Under the pieces are notes generated by a model. That model saw only the letters and a list, made by a program, of their open reading frames with translations, was not told where the DNA came from and did not search any database. A stretch of 64,000 nucleotides of DNA from the human T2T-CHM13v2.0 reference genome, Homo sapiens. The stretch lies in NCBI RefSeq assembly GCF_009914755.1, contig NC_060941.1. One strand, 5' to 3'. Positions within the stretch are counted from its first letter, which is position 1; each line of letters opens with the position of its first letter. The translations under genes were made by a program, and so were the position numbers. This document shows positions 54,849-64,000 of the stretch, piece by piece.

Positions 54849-55550
54849 CTAAGAGATCAAAATACACACACTCATTGAAAAAGAAAATATATATAGGTCC
54901 AATTTAAATATCTTATGCTGAACTATGCTTCTTGCCTCCAATGTGACCTTTCCGCCTCCCAGCAGTTACCTGGCAGTACGTTTCTCTATTTGGACTGTCT
55001 ATGCCGAAAAATGCATCAGCACAATCAAATTTTCCTGTGAAAAACTGTGGGCCTCGCTTCTAAGCCCCAACGCCTGAACACCTTCTCCTCTCACTTCATG
55101 CTGCTATTCCAGGGACAAATAGTGACTCAGCAGCGGCGGAGCTGACTGCTTCCACAGGAAGACATGCAAAATGGGCCCACATCAGCCATCAGTCCATTAA
55201 AAAAAGCCTATATAAAGCCCACTTCAGTCTTGAAGGAATCCTAAGCTGAGATGAAACAGAGTCACCCCCAGGATGTCTGACCTACCTAAGACCTACTAGG
55301 CTAAAGTCAGCATTATTAAGGGTCTCTCTCCAGCAGCATGGCCAAGATACCCACTCACATTTAGCATCTCCAAGGAACTCTAGCATTAGATGGCAAGCTC
55401 TGTGGGCACTGGGCCCATGTTCAAGTGTTCATCACTGAATGCCCAGTACCTGGCAGCTTCCAGCACAGGGCAGGTGTTCATGTCTGTGGAATGAATGAGT
55501 GAATGAGCAAGTGAATCAACGAGAAGGGAGTCCAGTCGCCACATGCTCAC

Positions 55551-55678
55551 CTCCCTGCACTGTGCTCATCCTCGCTGCTGGAACGATCACTACTCGAGCT
55601 TCTGTGCTTATGTTTCTTGTGCTTCTTTTTCTTCTCCTTCTTTTTCTTCTTCTCCTTTTTTTCCAGACTCATTTGCAA
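55551..55678 (-). CDS. CWC25: CWC25 exon 5 (Lys-rich)
   Basis: ttttccag|TTG CAA...GGG AG|gtgagc; [42 protein letters not shown]; 128 nt. Confidence 0.94.
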
Positions 55679-57042
55679 CTGGAAAATGCCGAGAACACAA
55701 GCACACAAGATTACTGAGACCAGCCAGCGCAGTGGCTCATGCCTGTAATCCCAGCACTTTGGGAGGCTGAGTGGAGCAGATCATCACTTGAGGTCCGGAG
55801 TTCGAGACCAGCCTGGCCAACATGGCAAAACCCCATCTCTACTAAAAATACAAAAATCAGCTGGGTGTGGTGGTGGGCACCTGTAATACCAGCTACTTGA
55901 GAGGTGAGGTACAAGAATCACCTGAACCAGGAGGCAGAGGTTGCAGTGGGCCGAGATTGTGCCACTGCACTTCAGCCTGGGTGACAGAGTGAAACTGTGT
56001 CTCAAAAAAAAAAAAAAAAAAAAAAAGATTACTGGCTGGGCATGGTGGCTCACGCCTGTAATCTCTCAGCACTTTGAGAGGCTGAGGTGGGAGGATCACA
56101 AGGTCAGGAGTTCGAGACCACCCTGGCCAATATGGTGAAAGACCATCTCTACTAAAAATACAAAAATTAGCTGGGTGTGGTGGTGTGTACCTGTAGTTCT
56201 AGCTACTCGGGAGGCTGAGGCAGAAGAATCACTTGAACCCAGGAGGCAGAGGTTGCAGTGAGCTGAGATCACGCCACTGCACTCCAGCAGCCTGGGCGAC
56301 AGAGTGAGACTCCATCTCATTAAAAAAAAACAAAAAGCCCAGGCGGGGTGGCTCATACCTGTAATCCCAGCACTTTGGGAGGCCAAGGCGGGTGGATCAC
56401 AAGGTCAGGAGAAGGAGACCATCCTGGCTAACACGGTGAAACACCATCACTACTAAAAATACAAAAAATTAGCTGGGCATGGTAGCAGGCGCCTGTAGTC
56501 CCAGCTACTCAGGAGGCTGAGGCAGGAGAATGGCATGAACCTGGGAGGCGGAGTTTGCAGTGAGCTAAGATCGTGTCACTGCACCACTGCACTCCACCTT
56601 GGGCAACAGAGCGAGACTCCGTCTCAAAAAAAAAAAAAAAAAAAAAGATTACTGAGACCCCTATCAGTCTCCTTTGAGGGGCGTGGCTCATGCACAAACT
56701 GCCTGACTCCATGCCTCTGGGTCTACAGAAGTCCAGGACATTATAGGGGTTCCCTGTCAACACACCAGGGGAAGGGTCTTAACCCTGGCCATGCACTAAC
56801 ACCCCCAACTACTGAACTGGTATCTGGTAGGTGAGACTAAGAATTTGTGTTTTTAAACAGTCACCAAAACCACTGCCTAGGAGTTTCCATTCTGTGTCAC
56901 AGGAACTCCAATTCCACTGAAAGCAGTCAGGAACTATAAGGTCAATCTTTAACTTTCCTTACCAACTGATCCAAGACACAATTACATAATATGTCATGTG
57001 AATGGTAAGTGGGCCCTAGAAGCCTTATTTTTTTTTTTTTGA

Positions 57043-57186
<144 letters not shown>

Positions 57187-57504
57187 TAATTTTGAATTTT
57201 TAGTAGAGACAGGGTTTCTCCGTGTTGGTCAGGCTGGTCTCAAACTCCCAACCTCAGGTGATCCACCCGCCTCGGCCTCCCAAAATGCTGGAATTACAGG
57301 CATGAGCCACCGCGCCCAGCCCCTAGAAGCTTTATACCACGACCAAGGGCATACTCCAACCTCCTGAACACACTGCATGGTAATGCTTTCCACAGGCTTA
57401 GCCCACACTCTTCTTCTGGAAAAACGACATCACATGGTGCATTCTCCCACCCAAAAGACTTTCAACCAAAATCAAGCTTAATTAAGCTTAATAAACTAAG
57501 ATTA

Positions 57505-57771
<267 letters not shown>

Positions 57772-57879
57772 TTAGAGGCCATTCTGTTTTTCCCCTGGTA
57801 AGCTGAGAGTAAATGGAGAGACGTTCTCACGTTATATGGCTAAAAGATGCTCTTGGTGCTTATCTGGTATACTACTTAC

Positions 57880-57949
57880 CAATTCTTTGATTTTCTTCAT
57901 TTTCACTGGATTATTTAATACCTCTCGTTTTTTCTCCTCCTCCTTCTTC
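57880..57949 (-). CDS. CWC25: CWC25 exon 4
   Basis: ctctttag|G AAG AAG...GAA TTG|gtaagt; KKEEEKKREVLNNPVKMKKIKEL; 70 nt. Confidence 0.94.
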
Positions 57950-58056
57950 CTAAAGAGAGATAATTACAAAATTCATGACTATTTCTTTTCTCCAAATTCT
58001 ATGGAGTAACCTTTTCTCCAAACATATACAGACAAACTGGCCCATGTTAAAATCTA

Positions 58057-58245
<189 letters not shown>

Positions 58246-58382
58246 CTACATGATGATGGGGCTGGGTGCAGTGGCTCATCTCACACCTGTAATCCCAGCA
58301 CTTTGGGAGGCTGGGGCAGGCGGATCACTTGAGGTCAGAAGTTCAAGACCAGCCTGGCCAACATGGTGAAACCTCGTCTCTA

Positions 58383-58610
<228 letters not shown>

Positions 58611-58622
58611 TCACAAATATAA

Positions 58623-58787
<165 letters not shown>

Positions 58788-59317
58788 TAGCTAATTTTTA
58801 TATTTCTTATAGAGATGGGGTTTCACCATGTTGCTCAGGCTGGTCTCAATTTCCTGGGCTCAAGCAATCCATCCATCTCTGCCTCCCAAAGTGCTGGGAT
58901 TACAGGTGTGATCCACCGTACCCGGCTGTCAGTTGTTTTTTTTGTTGTTGTTGTTGTTTTTTCGAGACGGAGTCTCGCTCTTTCGTCCAGGCTAGAGTGC
59001 AGTGGCGCGATCTCAGGTCACTGCAAACTCCTCCTCCCGGGTTCATGCCATTCTCCTGCCTCAGCCTCCTGAGTAGCTGGGACTATAGGCGCCTGCCACC
59101 ACGCCTGGCTAATTTTTTGTATTTTTAGTAGAGACGGGGTTTCACCGTGTTAGCCAGGATGGTCTCGATCTCCTGACCTCGTGATCCGCCCGCCTCGGCC
59201 TCCTGAAGTGCTGGGATTACAGGCGTGAGCCACTGCTTCCAGCCGTGAGTTGTTTTTTGATGGTTATAGAGTTTCAATTCAGAATGGTGAAAGAGTTCTG
59301 GAGACAGGCTGTGGTGA

Positions 59318-59879
<562 letters not shown>

Positions 59880-59944
59880 TCAATGGCCTTAGCAGGGTCT
59901 CAAAGCATCTGTAACAAACCCCCTTCCTAGCCCCCCATTAGTAC

Positions 59945-60181
59945 CTGATGATGAAGAGTGGGTCCTCCCGGATCTTGCTGGCCATGTCAAGAAGGGAATT
60001 GGCACCTGATGGGGCAAAGATAGAGCCTGGGAGAAGTCCTGTTTCAGAAGAGCAGCCTGCCTCCTTCTCCTCCATCTTCTCAAAAACATATTTGTCAATG
60101 GGGCGCCCCAGCAGGTACTCGTCACGGTTCACCATCCCACCAGGACCCTGGTACATCCAGTCCAACTTTTCTTCTTTTTTC
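59945..60181 (-). CDS. CWC25: CWC25 exon 3 (exons 1-2 lie beyond the window)
   Basis: gaaccag|G AAA AAA...ATC AG|gtacta; KKEEKLDWMYQGPGG...DEYLLGRPID...KIREDPLFII, with hallmark Cwc25 motifs LDWMY and KIREDPL; 237 nt. Confidence 0.95.
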
Positions 60182-60731
60182 CTGGTTCAAGGGAAGAAAA
60201 AGAAATACAATTTCTTTAAAAAGCAGACTTCTGCAAACCTACACCTAAAACCTGGACACAAGGGAGAGAGAACCACAGCTAATCAGAGTTCATTCTACTG
60301 GCACCTACCATGCAATAAACACGGCACCCCATGTGGCCGGCATAAAGAAATAGTGCGGGTTGCGTGCAGTGGCTCATGCCTGTAATCCCACCATTTTGGG
60401 AGTCCGAAGCGGGTGGATCACTTGAGGTCAGGAGTTCGAGACCAGCCTGGCCAACATGATGAAACCCCATCTCTACTAAAAATACAAAACATTAGCCAGG
60501 CGTGGTGGCGGACGCCTGTAATCCCACCTACTCAGAAGGGTGAGGCAGGAAAATCACTTGAACCTGGGAGGCAGAGGTTGCAGTAAGATCACGCCACTGC
60601 ACTCCAGCCTGGGTGACGGAGCCAGACCTTGTCTCAAATAAATAAATAAATAAATGGTGCTTGTCCTCATGAGGCTTACGAGTGAATGGAGAGAGAATAT
60701 TCACTCACATAAAGCAATTTATAAGGAAAAC

Positions 60732-62119
<1,388 letters not shown>

Positions 62120-62143
62120 TAGTCTACAGTTAAGAACTGATCA

Positions 62144-63700
<1,557 letters not shown>

Positions 63701-64000
63701 TATACAAAACAAACAGATGAATACTTAAGTCATCTAAATACATTAGCAGTAAAGACCAAAAAGAGAAGGGGCAGAGAGAACCAAATGCTGATCTTAGTGT
63801 TTTACAATATTGTAGGACATGTGATAGGGCAAAACAAAACAAAGCATATAAAATCACCTTCCCCCATTCACGACAGACAAGCAGGCATGAGTCTGCAACA
63901 ATGCTGGCTCCTTTCTCTACAGTTGTGCATCTGTACTCTGACCTCATTAATCAGACTCCACAAAAGCCCAAATTTCTGATAAATTGAGCACATGATGTGT

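Noticed and set aside
57474-57489. Perfect 16-bp palindrome AAGCTTAATTAAGCTT
   Set aside because: About one palindrome of this length is expected by chance in 64 kb; no associated structure.

Overview
Human/primate-type genomic DNA that is very Alu-rich. From the translated exons I recognise the PSMB3-PIP4K2B-CWC25 cluster (17q12 in human). It contains: (1) the 3' part of PSMB3 on the + strand (last four exons, 964-9245, poly(A) signal 9283); (2) the complete PIP4K2B gene on the - strand (10 coding exons, 44509->14767, 1251 nt = 416 aa + stop, ~4 kb Alu-free 3'UTR, CpG-island promoter ~44050-45330); and (3) the 3' part of CWC25 on the - strand (8 coding exons, 60181->47176, 3'UTR ending ~0.2 kb from the PIP4K2B CpG island). 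All exon boundaries are GT-AG and phase-consistent. Introns hold dozens of Alus plus L1, L2, MIR, an ERVL LTR, DNA-transposon fossils and two U6 snRNA retrocopies. I see no evidence of a wholly new biological system. The best leads are: a TSD-flanked Alu insertion carrying a captured copy of nearby intronic sequence; a composite U6/Alu/microsatellite locus and a 26-nt tailless U6 insertion; a candidate divergent smORF transcript from the PIP4K2B promoter ending at a bidirectional poly(A) cluster shared with CWC25; a strong-Kozak uORF; candidate poison-splicing elements; and fused inverted Alus. Repeat boundaries and subfamily names are by-eye estimates.
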